Assembly: GCA_022508505.1 (NCBI GenBank)
Contig: JAFLVC010000010.1
Coordinates: forward strand, 6,055-70,054
DNA from: Clostridiales bacterium
Lineage (GTDB): Bacteria > Bacillota > Clostridia > Christensenellales > Pumilibacteraceae
Length of the DNA stretch: 64,000 nucleotides
Reading direction: 5' to 3'
Under the pieces are notes generated by a model, which was not told the origin of the DNA, ran no database searches, and worked only from the letters and a program-made list of their open reading frames with translations. Shown in pieces: positions 56,096 to 64,000 of this stretch. A program made the translations under genes and the position numbers. Every line of letters starts with the position of its first letter. Position 1 is the first letter of the stretch.

Positions 56096-56839
56096 ATGTC
56101 AGGACACAGCAAATGGGCGACCATAAAACGCAAAAAGGGCGCGACCGACGCGGCGCGCGCCAACGTATTTACCAAGATCGGGCGCGAGCTCGCCGTTGCG
56201 GTAAAAGCGGGCGGACCCGATCCCAATAACAATCCGCGCCTCAGCAACGTCATTGCCAAGGCAAAAGCCGCGAACATGCCCAACGACAATATCATGCGCT
56301 CGATTAAAAAGGCGAGCGGCGAGGACTCTAACGTTACGTACGACGCGATAACCTACGAGGGTTACGGCGTCAGCGGCGTCGCCGTGATAGTTGAAACGCT
56401 TACGGACAACAAAAACCGCACCGCGGCGGCGGTCCGCCATATATTCGACAAGTGCGGCGGCTCGCTCGGCACGACAAACTGCGTTTCGTACATGTTCGAG
56501 TCGAAGGGCGTGGTGACGATTGCGAAGCAGGCGGGCGACGACGAGGAAGAAGTGATGATGCTCGCGCTCGACGCAGGCGCGGACGACTTCGACACCGGCG
56601 AGGACGAATACTACATTTCCACTTCGCCGAGCGCTCTCGACAGCGTGCGTGCGGGGCTCGAGCAGGCTGGACGCACCGTACTCGGCGCCGAGGTCAGACA
56701 GATTCCTGCGTCTACCGTCGACGTCGACGAAGAAGCGGCGGTCAAAATCCGTCGAATGCTCGACATGTTCGACGATGACGACGACGTTCAAAACGTCTAT
56801 CACAACGCAAACCTTCCCGACGACGAGGACGAGGAATAA
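56096..56839 (+). CDS. yebC: YebC/PmpR/TACO1 family protein
   Basis: MSGHSKWATIKRKKG, NMPNDNI..AIKKA, YEGYG..GVAVIVETLTDNKNRT, DDDVQNVYHN. Confidence 0.97.
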   Translation: MSGHSKWATIKRKKGATDAARANVFTKIGRELAVAVKAGGPDPNNNPRLSNVIAKAKAANMPNDNIMRSIKKASGEDSNVTYDAITYEGYGVSGVAVIVETLTDNKNRTAAAVRHIFDKCGGSLGTTNCVSYMFESKGVVTIAKQAGDDEEEVMMLALDAGADDFDTGEDEYYISTSPSALDSVRAGLEQAGRTVLGAEVRQIPASTVDVDEEAAVKIRRMLDMFDDDDDVQNVYHNANLPDDEDEE

Positions 56840-56847
56840 TCCTCGAA

Positions 56848-58137
56848 ATGGAATTCGGGAACACGAAAATCAAAAAACACCGTCTTACTATAGGCGGGTG
56901 CGACTGTTTGGAGCTTGCCCAAAAATACGGCACGCCTCTTTATGTTTTTGACGTGGATTACGCAGCTTCAGTCGCCAAAGCATACGTCGACGTTTTAAAG
57001 CGCGAGTATCCCGATTTTACGGTGTGCTACGCGTCGAAAGCGTTTTGCTGCACCGGCATATACGAGCTGTTAGCGCCGCTCGGGCTGGGCGCGGACGTCG
57101 TGTCGGGCGGCGAGCTTTACACCGCGCTTCGCGGCGGCATGAGCGCCGACAAAATATACTTTCACGGTAACAACAAGACCGAAGCGGAGGTAAAGTACGC
57201 GATAGAGAACGGAGTTGAATGCTTTGTAGTGGACTCCGAGCGCGAGTTGACCCTTATTTCTCGGTACGCAAAAAAACCGCAAAACGTCTTAGTTCGCGTA
57301 AATCCCGGCGTGGAAGCACACACGCACCGCTTTATTCAGACGACCCTCGTTGACAGTAAGTTCGGCTTTTCGATAGCCGACGGCTCAGCCGAAGAGATAA
57401 TTATATCGATATCTAAATATAACAATATTAATTTTTGCGGATTAGCTTGTCATATAGGCTCGCAGATATTCGAAAAGCAGTCGTTCGAGATAGCTATTGA
57501 CAAGGTTACAGACTTTATCGTCAAGCTCAATAAGTCGGGCATAAATGTAGAAAGGCTCGATCTCGGCGGCGGCTACGGCATCAAGTACGTAGAAGGCGAC
57601 AGTCCGCTGACGCCAAAGGAATATATGCAAAACACCGCGCGATATCTTAAAAATGCGGTAAAAGAAAAGGGCATTGCGCCGCCGCGGCTTATTGTAGAGC
57701 CGGGCAGGTCTATAGTCGGCGAGGCGGGAATAACGCTTTACACCGTCGGCGCTATAAAAACCATAAAAGACGTCAAAACTTATGCTGCGGTGGACGGCGG
57801 AATGTTCGACAATCCGCGCCCTTCGCTGTACGACGCGGCGTACACTGCTGTCGTTGTCGACAGGGCTGACGAAATCGCGACGGATAAGTATTCGATAGCC
57901 GGCAAGTGCTGCGAGAGCGGCGACGTCTTGATAGACGGAATTGAGCTTCCGCATCTTCTTGAGGGAGATATTCTCGCCGTGATGTCTACCGGCGCGTATC
58001 ATTATTCGATGGCTTCCAACTATAACCGTAATGCAGTCCCGCCGGTGGTAGCCGTTAAGGACGGCAAGTCGTGTTATATGGTCAAGCCGCAAACATACGA
58101 AGATATTGCGAGAAACGACGCAAAAATAGAGTTTTGA
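56848..58137 (+). CDS. lysA: Diaminopimelate decarboxylase
   Basis: YGTPLY, YASKAF, DVVSGGEL, HGNNK, HIGSQIF, EPGRSIV, GKCCESGD, GAYHYSMASNYN. Confidence 0.96.
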   Translation: MEFGNTKIKKHRLTIGGCDCLELAQKYGTPLYVFDVDYAASVAKAYVDVLKREYPDFTVCYASKAFCCTGIYELLAPLGLGADVVSGGELYTALRGGMSADKIYFHGNNKTEAEVKYAIENGVECFVVDSERELTLISRYAKKPQNVLVRVNPGVEAHTHRFIQTTLVDSKFGFSIADGSAEEIIISISKYNNINFCGLACHIGSQIFEKQSFEIAIDKVTDFIVKLNKSGINVERLDLGGGYGIKYVEGDSPLTPKEYMQNTARYLKNAVKEKGIAPPRLIVEPGRSIVGEAGITLYTVGAIKTIKDVKTYAAVDGGMFDNPRPSLYDAAYTAVVVDRADEIATDKYSIAGKCCESGDVLIDGIELPHLLEGDILAVMSTGAYHYSMASNYNRNAVPPVVAVKDGKSCYMVKPQTYEDIARNDAKIEF

Positions 58138-58146
58138 GAGGCATTG

Positions 58147-58905
58147 ATGCTGTTTGCATTTCGTAATGCAGGTTCTTCGACCGATTATATAATTTTTACG
58201 CTGTTTTTGTTGATTGCGGTGTGTGTTGCGCTCGTTTTGCACGAGGTTGCGCACGGGCTTGTCGCAAAATGGAACGGCGACTATACTGCGCAGTACGAAG
58301 GTCGGCTGACGCTCAATCCTATTAAGCACTTCGACCCGATCGGACTTGTCATGATGCTGACTGTCGGATTCGGCTACGCAAAGCCCGTTCCCGTAAATCC
58401 GTACAACTTCAGGCATTACCGCAAGGGGCTTTTTACCGTCGCAATAGCGGGAATTTGCATGAACTTTATTCTCGCGTTTCTTTCCGCGTTGTTTTTCAAT
58501 TTGATGTTCCTCGGATATATCAATACCGGCGCGGAAGCATTTTGGTATTTCATGCAGTTCTTTTCTATCTCGATGCAGATAAATATTGCGTTTGCGTTTT
58601 TCAATCTTTTGCCCGTATTTCCGCTCGACGGGTTTCGCATTGTGGAAACCTTTACCCACCGCGGCAACAAGTTCTGCGCGTTCATGCGCACCAACGGTCA
58701 GTATATTCTGTGGGGATTGGTAGGTCTCAGCCTGATTGTCGGAATGGCGGGAAGATACGTCGCGCTGCCGAGCTGGTTCGAGTATGTCAATGTACTCGGA
58801 TTGTATATAAACTTCTTTGTGAGCAAGGTGGAATGGCTGTTTGTCAACTTTTGGGCGCTTATGATGCCGCCCGTCCGAGAGCTACTGTGGTTGGTGGGGA
58901 TGTAG
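58147..58905 (+). CDS. Site-2 protease (M50 family)
   Basis: HEVAH, GRLTLNPIKHFDPIG, GYAKPVPVNP, FNLLPVFPLDG; upstream of scpAB. Confidence 0.92.
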   Translation: MLFAFRNAGSSTDYIIFTLFLLIAVCVALVLHEVAHGLVAKWNGDYTAQYEGRLTLNPIKHFDPIGLVMMLTVGFGYAKPVPVNPYNFRHYRKGLFTVAIAGICMNFILAFLSALFFNLMFLGYINTGAEAFWYFMQFFSISMQINIAFAFFNLLPVFPLDGFRIVETFTHRGNKFCAFMRTNGQYILWGLVGLSLIVGMAGRYVALPSWFEYVNVLGLYINFFVSKVEWLFVNFWALMMPPVRELLWLVGM

Positions 58906-58906
58906 T

Positions 58907-59689
58907 ATGAAGCCTATAAAAGGACTCAAACCCGAAGATGAAAATAACAGCTACCACGTAGTTCTCAAAAACTACGACGGTCCGCTCGATCTGCTGCTCG
59001 ATATGGTTAGGCGCGCAAAAATCCGTATCGAGGATATATTCATTTCGGACATAACCGAGCAGTACCTCGCGGCAATGGACCAGCTCGAAGAGCTCGACAT
59101 GGATCAAGCCGCAGACTTTATCGAGGTTGCGGCGACCCTTCTCGAAATCAAGTCGCGCGCGCTTTTGCCTCGTCCCGAGGTGATAGAAGCGCCCGAGGAC
59201 GACCCCAAGAAGGAATTTATCCAAAGGCTTGACGAGTACAGGCTGTTCAAGGAAGCCGCCGACAAAATGCGCGAGCAGGAAAAGGTCAATATGCACTACC
59301 GCGCTCCCGACGACAGCGTAGGTCAGCCCCGACTCGTGTTGAAGGATATGACGACGGAAGGTCTTGTCAACGCGCTAAAGAGGATGTTCGACAAGATAGG
59401 CGCGCGCCAAAAGGTGTTCAAAACCCGCAAAATCGACCTCGATCCGTTTACCGTCGTTCAGAAAATAGCGTACATACGCGACCGCGTTCGCAATGTCGAA
59501 AGGGTTACGTTCGACGAATTATTCGACGAGGATTTTACTGTAAACGAAGTCATAACGACTTTTCTCGCGCTTTTAGAGCTGCTCAAAGCTCAAGAAGTGA
59601 GCGCGGAGCAGAACGGAATTTTTGAAACCATAACCATTATCAGAAGAAATATTACCGACAGGAGCTTGGGTGGTGACGATGGAAATTGA
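58907..59689 (+). CDS. scpA: Segregation and condensation protein A
   Basis: YDGPLDLLL, ITEQYL, AATLLEIKSR.LLP, TTFLALLEL. Confidence 0.95.
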   Translation: MKPIKGLKPEDENNSYHVVLKNYDGPLDLLLDMVRRAKIRIEDIFISDITEQYLAAMDQLEELDMDQAADFIEVAATLLEIKSRALLPRPEVIEAPEDDPKKEFIQRLDEYRLFKEAADKMREQEKVNMHYRAPDDSVGQPRLVLKDMTTEGLVNALKRMFDKIGARQKVFKTRKIDLDPFTVVQKIAYIRDRVRNVERVTFDELFDEDFTVNEVITTFLALLELLKAQEVSAEQNGIFETITIIRRNITDRSLGGDDGN

Positions 59690-60353
59690 GCTTATTGACG
59701 ACATACTCGAATCGCTTTTGTTCGTTTCGGGCGACGGGCTGAAAATCAGCGATATTTGCGAGCTTTTGGAGCTTCAAAAGAGCGAGGTAACGGGCGCGGT
59801 GAAGCGGCTTCAAAAGAAGTTCGGCGGAAAGAGCGGCATACATCTCATCACGTATAACGGCAAGATACAGTTCGCTTCCAATCCCGAGTATTCGGACGTG
59901 ATTGCTTGCGTGCTTAATCCGATAAAGGAAAAAGCGCTGTCTACTCCCGCCATGGAAACGCTGTCCATCATCGCGTACCGTCAGCCGGTCACGCGTCTCG
60001 ACGTGGAGCATATCCGCGGCGTGAACTGCGACTATGCGCTTCAAGCCCTTTTAAAGAACAACCTTATCGAGATAGTCGGGCGCAAGGAATCGCTCGGAAA
60101 GCCTTTGCTTTTCGGCACGACCGAAAACTTTTTGAAGCGGTTCGGCATAGAGGACATAACGCAGCTGCCCGATAGGGACGCGTTGCTCGAAAAAATACGC
60201 GATATAGAAGAAAGCACGCCCGCGCCGGACGAGGAACAGCTTTATAATTACGCTCAGGTTGACGAGAACGGCACGCCCGACTTTTTGCAGGGCGAAGAGC
60301 TTTTGGAAATCGACGGCTCGGACGCCGAGGCCGCCGCAACCGAAACCGACTGA
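59670..60353 (+). CDS. scpB: Segregation and condensation protein B
   Basis: LESLLFVSG, AMETLSIIAYRQPVTR..IRGVN, GKPLLFGTT.NFL..FGI. Confidence 0.95.
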   Translation: MVTMEIELIDDILESLLFVSGDGLKISDICELLELQKSEVTGAVKRLQKKFGGKSGIHLITYNGKIQFASNPEYSDVIACVLNPIKEKALSTPAMETLSIIAYRQPVTRLDVEHIRGVNCDYALQALLKNNLIEIVGRKESLGKPLLFGTTENFLKRFGIEDITQLPDRDALLEKIRDIEESTPAPDEEQLYNYAQVDENGTPDFLQGEELLEIDGSDAEAAATETD

Positions 60354-60395
60354 CGTTCCAAAATATTTTGCCATATAACGGTAAACACTACGTAT

Positions 60396-60995
60396 ATGTT
60401 GTACTTGGTGCTTACCGTTTTTTTATTGCATCTTTCGGTCGTACCGTTGGTGATAAGTATAAAAATCGACATAGACAGCGACGTTCCCGTCGGAAAAATC
60501 ACGGTCAAGCTGTTTTTTATACCCGTATTTGTCAAAAAATTGCATTTTGAGGGCTTTCAAGACGCGGTTAACGGCACTCCTATTCAAAATGAAGAGAAAG
60601 ACGAGCAAGAAGAGCACAAGCAAAAGAAGCCGTCGAAGTTCAAGAAAGCAATTAAGGACTTCCTTGTAAAAGTGGCTGTCCGAATAGCAAAGCGCATCAG
60701 AGTGCGGGAAGCGGACTTGCAATCGACAATCGGAACGGGCGACGCGGCGGCGACAGCTGTTTCGGTTTCGTCGGCGCTAATACTATACTGTCAGGCTTGC
60801 GCGTTTTTAGGACTCGCGCCGCAGGACGGCGCTATTAGACCCGATTACGAGCGTGCGAAGCTGTTTGTCAAGTTTTACGGCATAATTTCATTGTGTTTTG
60901 CGGATATTATATATGCCGTATTGTCGCAAATACTGTCGAAATTTGCGGCAGGCGGCAAAGGAGAGGTGCATGGACAGCATATTGTTACCGAGTGA
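60396..60995 (+). CDS. ytfI: DUF2953 / YtfI-like protein
   Basis: N-terminal TM, IGTGDAAATA motif, IRPDY; directly upstream of ytfJ/gerW. Confidence 0.75.
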   Translation: MLYLVLTVFLLHLSVVPLVISIKIDIDSDVPVGKITVKLFFIPVFVKKLHFEGFQDAVNGTPIQNEEKDEQEEHKQKKPSKFKKAIKDFLVKVAVRIAKRIRVREADLQSTIGTGDAAATAVSVSSALILYCQACAFLGLAPQDGAIRPDYERAKLFVKFYGIISLCFADIIYAVLSQILSKFAAGGKGEVHGQHIVTE

Positions 60996-61359
60996 ACGAA
61001 AGGAACATCCTATAGAGCGCATCATGGACAGCGCGTTCGGCAAGGTGAGAACGCTTACCGACGCGGATATCATTGTAGGCGATCCCATCATCACGCCCGA
61101 CGGCATGAATATAATTCCCATAAGCAAGGTGAGCGTCGGTATAGTGTCGGGCGGAGGAGAGTACAGCGACAAACAGCGCGACGAGTATCCGTTTGCGGGA
61201 GCGTCCGGCGCCGGCATGAGCATTTCGCCCGTGTGTTTTTTGGTGTCGGACGGAAAAAGCGTGAAAATACTTACAACCGACAGCAAAGGTCCGTTTGACA
61301 AGGTTATGGAAACGGTTCCAAACGTAGTCGGTTCCCTGTTCGGAAAGAGGAGAAAGTAG
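60970..61359 (+). CDS. gerW: Sporulation/germination protein GerW (YtfJ)
   Basis: DADIIVGDPI..DG..IIPISKVSVG.VSGG, FAGASGAGMSISPV.FLV; AAGGAG SD before ATG 60970. Confidence 0.9.
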   Translation: MDSILLPSERKEHPIERIMDSAFGKVRTLTDADIIVGDPIITPDGMNIIPISKVSVGIVSGGGEYSDKQRDEYPFAGASGAGMSISPVCFLVSDGKSVKILTTDSKGPFDKVMETVPNVVGSLFGKRRK

Positions 61360-62190
61360 ATGAGGCTTCGCTTTGCCGCCGTCGCGCTAATCGCGGCTAT
61401 ATTGTGCGCGGGGTTTATGCCGGCAGAAGGTCGAGAACCGAAAATCTCGGCGGCATTTTCCGAAATTAAAAGCACTGCTGTCGGCATGGCGGTCGTCGAC
61501 GGAGACACGGGAGAACTCATTTTCGCCGATAACTGCGACTTGAAGCGCCCGCCGGCAAGCACTACCAAGATTTGCACGGCAATTACCGTTATCGAAAACT
61601 GCTCGACGCTTGATCTTCCCATGCCGATACCGTGCGCGGCGGTTGGCGTAGAGGGCTCGTCGCTGTATCTGCAAAAGGGTGAAATGCTTACCGTGCGCGA
61701 TTTGCTGTACGGACTTATGCTTCAATCGGGCAATGACTGCGCCGTAGCGTTGGCGATAATAACGGGCGGCAGCGTGGACGGCTTTGTAAAGATGATGAAC
61801 GAGACGGCGAAAAAGGCGGGCGCGGTAAATACCCACTTCGTAAATCCGCACGGTTTGCATCACGACGAGCATTACACAACTGCGCGCGACCTTTGCGCGA
61901 TTTCATACTACGCCATGAAAAACGAGCTTTTCCGTGAGATAGTTTCTTCAAAACGGCACAGAATGCCGTACGGCGGCCGCGATTACGACAGGAATTTTCC
62001 CAACAAGAACAAGATGCTCTTCAATTATCCCGGCGGAAACGGAATAAAGACGGGGTACACCAAAAAGGCGGGCAGGTGCTTGGTGTCGTCGGCTACGCGG
62101 GACGGAAAGACGTACATCTGTGCAGTTTTGAACTGCGGAAATATGTGGGAAGAGAGTGCAAGGCTTCTCGACATGGCGTTTTCGCGTTAG
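61360..62190 (+). CDS. dacB: D-alanyl-D-alanine carboxypeptidase (S11), DacB-like
   Basis: PPASTTKI, LQSGND, VNPHGL, GIKTGYTKKAGRCLV. Confidence 0.85.
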   Translation: MRLRFAAVALIAAILCAGFMPAEGREPKISAAFSEIKSTAVGMAVVDGDTGELIFADNCDLKRPPASTTKICTAITVIENCSTLDLPMPIPCAAVGVEGSSLYLQKGEMLTVRDLLYGLMLQSGNDCAVALAIITGGSVDGFVKMMNETAKKAGAVNTHFVNPHGLHHDEHYTTARDLCAISYYAMKNELFREIVSSKRHRMPYGGRDYDRNFPNKNKMLFNYPGGNGIKTGYTKKAGRCLVSSATRDGKTYICAVLNCGNMWEESARLLDMAFSR

Positions 62191-62264
62191 TATAGCGTAA
62201 ATTTACTTGATTTTTAATCGAAAATCGGCTATATTTAAGTCGAAAAACATTCAGGTCGGTTTTC

Positions 62265-62966
62265 ATGCGTATAAACAAGTATCTGAGCAGCTGCGGCATA
62301 GACAGCCGCAGGAAGTGCGAAGCGCTCGTCACCGCGGGGCGAGTTAGAGTAAACGGCAAGGTCGTTACAGAGCTTGCAACAGACGTAAAAGACGGTGATG
62401 TCGTAGAGCTTGACGGCAACACCGTTTCGGTGTCTTTCAAAAAGACGTACATATTGCTCAACAAACCGAAGGGCTGCGTGTGCACGGCGCACGACGAGAA
62501 GGGCAGAAAGACTGTGCTCGACTTTGTCAAAGTCAATAAGCGCGTGTTTCCCGTAGGAAGGCTTGATTACGATACCGAAGGCCTTTTGCTTCTTACCGAC
62601 GACGGAGAGCTTGCCAACAAGATAACTCACCCCAAAAACGGTGTAAAAAAGACGTATGCCGTACGCGTGGAAGGCGAGCCTTCCGCCGCCGAGCTCAAAC
62701 GCTTAAGGAGCGGCATCGAGTACAACGGAGTAGCCTACGGAAGCGCCGAGGTTGTGGTCGTGGGCCCCGAAAACGGCGGCACAAGGCTCAATATCACCAT
62801 ATCCGAGGGCAAAAACCACGAGATCAAGAACATGATAGAAAGCCTTGGTCGGCGCGTTCTTTTTTTAAAGCGCACCGCTATCGGCGAGCTTAGGCTGGGC
62901 GGGCTTTCGCGCGGCGAATGGCGGTATCTTAACGACCGCGAAATCGCATATTTAAAAACGCTGTAA
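62265..62966 (+). CDS. rluB: 23S rRNA pseudouridine synthase (RluB/RsuA family)
   Basis: MRINKYL..CGIDSRRKCE (S4), LNKPKG, VGRLDYDTEGLLLLT, EGKNHEIK. Confidence 0.92.
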   Translation: MRINKYLSSCGIDSRRKCEALVTAGRVRVNGKVVTELATDVKDGDVVELDGNTVSVSFKKTYILLNKPKGCVCTAHDEKGRKTVLDFVKVNKRVFPVGRLDYDTEGLLLLTDDGELANKITHPKNGVKKTYAVRVEGEPSAAELKRLRSGIEYNGVAYGSAEVVVVGPENGGTRLNITISEGKNHEIKNMIESLGRRVLFLKRTAIGELRLGGLSRGEWRYLNDREIAYLKTL

Positions 62967-63047
62967 AATTTGCTTTTTTAATCGCAATTGAAACGATATT
63001 CTCATATAAATTCAACAAAAAAATAATCAAAAGATTGCGAGAATGTG

Positions 63048-63076
63048 TTGAAAAAATCTTACATCGGTGCTATAAT
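63048..63076 (+). promoter_or_regulatory. sigmaA promoter of the carboxyltransferase gene
   Basis: TTGAAA-N17-TATAAT with extended TG. Confidence 0.7.
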
Positions 63077-63095
63077 GGGTGTATAGAGGTGGAAT

Positions 63096-64000
63096 ATGGT
63101 TTCGTTGCAAAACGCAAAGACTGAGCTTGCTTCGGCAAATAAGGATATTATAGAGTTTATCAACGCGTTCGTGGACGAAATGTCGTTCGTTCAAACGGAC
63201 GCGTTTATGTGTTCGCAAAACGAGTTTGCCGAATCGCCCGGCGAGGGGGTTGTCAGCGGCTTTGCTTCCGTCGACGGCACGCCTGTGTGTCTGTTTGCCA
63301 CAAATCCGGCCGTTCTAAAGGGCTCGATAGGCGCGCTCAATGCAAAGAAGATAACGCGCACTATAAACAATGCCGTTCGCATGGATAAGCCGCTAATTGC
63401 GGTGTGGGATACGTCGGGTGCGAGGATTGCGGAAGGCGTCGATTGCCTTGACGGTTACGGCGATATACTCAGGGCGTTTACCGTCGCTTACGGCGATATT
63501 CCCGTGATTTCGGTCATAAAAGGTAACAATTACGGCATTTCTTCGTTCGTTGCAGGCATAAGCGACTTTGTAATAGCTTTTCCCGACGCGTCGAGCGCGA
63601 GCGCTTCGCCGCTCGTCATCGCCGCTAAAACTGGCGGGGCGGAAAAGACGGTCGGAAGCGCCAAACAGCTCGCCGAGCGCGGAATAGTCACCAACATTGC
63701 AGACAAAAAATCGTTCAAAAAGACACTTGCCGAAATACTTTCCATATATTCGGCGAGTCGCGAGACGAGCGACGATCCCAACCGCGTATGCAAGGGGCTC
63801 AAAGCGGGAGCACCCGTCGACGCGGTTATCAAAGAAGTGTTTGACAAAAACAGCTTTTTGGCGGTGAGGGAACAGTTTGCACCCGTCGTCGTGACAGGCT
63901 TTGCGATGCTTGCGGGAATAAACGTCGGCGTCGTCGCGACCGACGTCACCAAAAACGACGGACGGCTTTCTTCGGACGCTTGCGTCAAGATAAGCGAGTT
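63096..64000 (+). CDS. Acyl-CoA carboxylase/decarboxylase carboxyltransferase subunit (divergent), runs off the window end; not in the ORF track
   Basis: GAGGTGG SD; PGEGVVSGFASVDG, GSIG, DTSGARIAEGV..L.GYG, PVISVIKG, VVTGFAMLAGINVGVVA. Confidence 0.8.
   Translation, partial: MVSLQNAKTELASANKDIIEFINAFVDEMSFVQTDAFMCSQNEFAESPGEGVVSGFASVDGTPVCLFATNPAVLKGSIGALNAKKITRTINNAVRMDKPLIAVWDTSGARIAEGVDCLDGYGDILRAFTVAYGDIPVISVIKGNNYGISSFVAGISDFVIAFPDASSASASPLVIAAKTGGAEKTVGSAKQLAERGIVTNIADKKSFKKTLAEILSIYSASRETSDDPNRVCKGLKAGAPVDAVIKEVFDKNSFLAVREQFAPVVVTGFAMLAGINVGVVATDVTKNDGRLSSDACVKISE

Noticed and set aside
56840-56847. Lysine riboswitch or T-box before lysA
   Set aside because: Only 8 nt separate yebC and lysA; there is no room for a leader

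Overview
64 kb of core chromosome from an endospore-forming Clostridia-class Firmicute (gene order typical of Clostridia; a Christensenellales-like lineage is my guess only), almost all on the + strand. Order: end of a membrane protein; a 1247-aa Ig-like (Big_2) repeat lipoprotein; ruvX fused in frame to DUF1292; rpsB-tsf-pyrH-frr-uppS-cdsA-dxr-rseP-ispG; a polymerase-less PolC-derived exonuclease in the polC position; an AT-rich ORFan; rimP-nusA-ylxR-ylxQ-infB-rbfA-nrnA-truB-ribF-nfo-like; M24 peptidase-efp; spoIIIAA-AH; asp23-nusB-folD-xseAB-ispA-dxs-nadK-recN-spoIVB (no spo0A next to it); a second fakA plus degV; spoIIM-like, dacF, rpe, spoVM, rpmB, asp23-fakA-recG-comEC; infC-rpmI-rplT; trmH-like, yebC, lysA, S2P protease, scpAB, ytfI-gerW, dacB, rluB, and the start of a carboxyltransferase. 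I found no rRNA, tRNA, CRISPR array, integrase or transposase. Most notable: (1) a dispersed, co-oriented ~100-120 bp intergenic repeat family with fixed-spaced conserved boxes at three loci plus a partial fourth, always between a stop codon and the next sigmaA promoter; (2) a mini-PolC (N-terminal region + OB fold + QASLF clamp-like motif + intact DEDDh exonuclease, no PHP or polymerase core); (3) about eight apparently leaderless genes, including sigmaE/sigmaF-type sporulation genes; (4) small genes missed by the ORF track (spoVM, a 41-aa protein behind a sigmaG-like promoter) and a probable ATC start for rimP. All homology calls come from motif recognition by eye; no database search was run.
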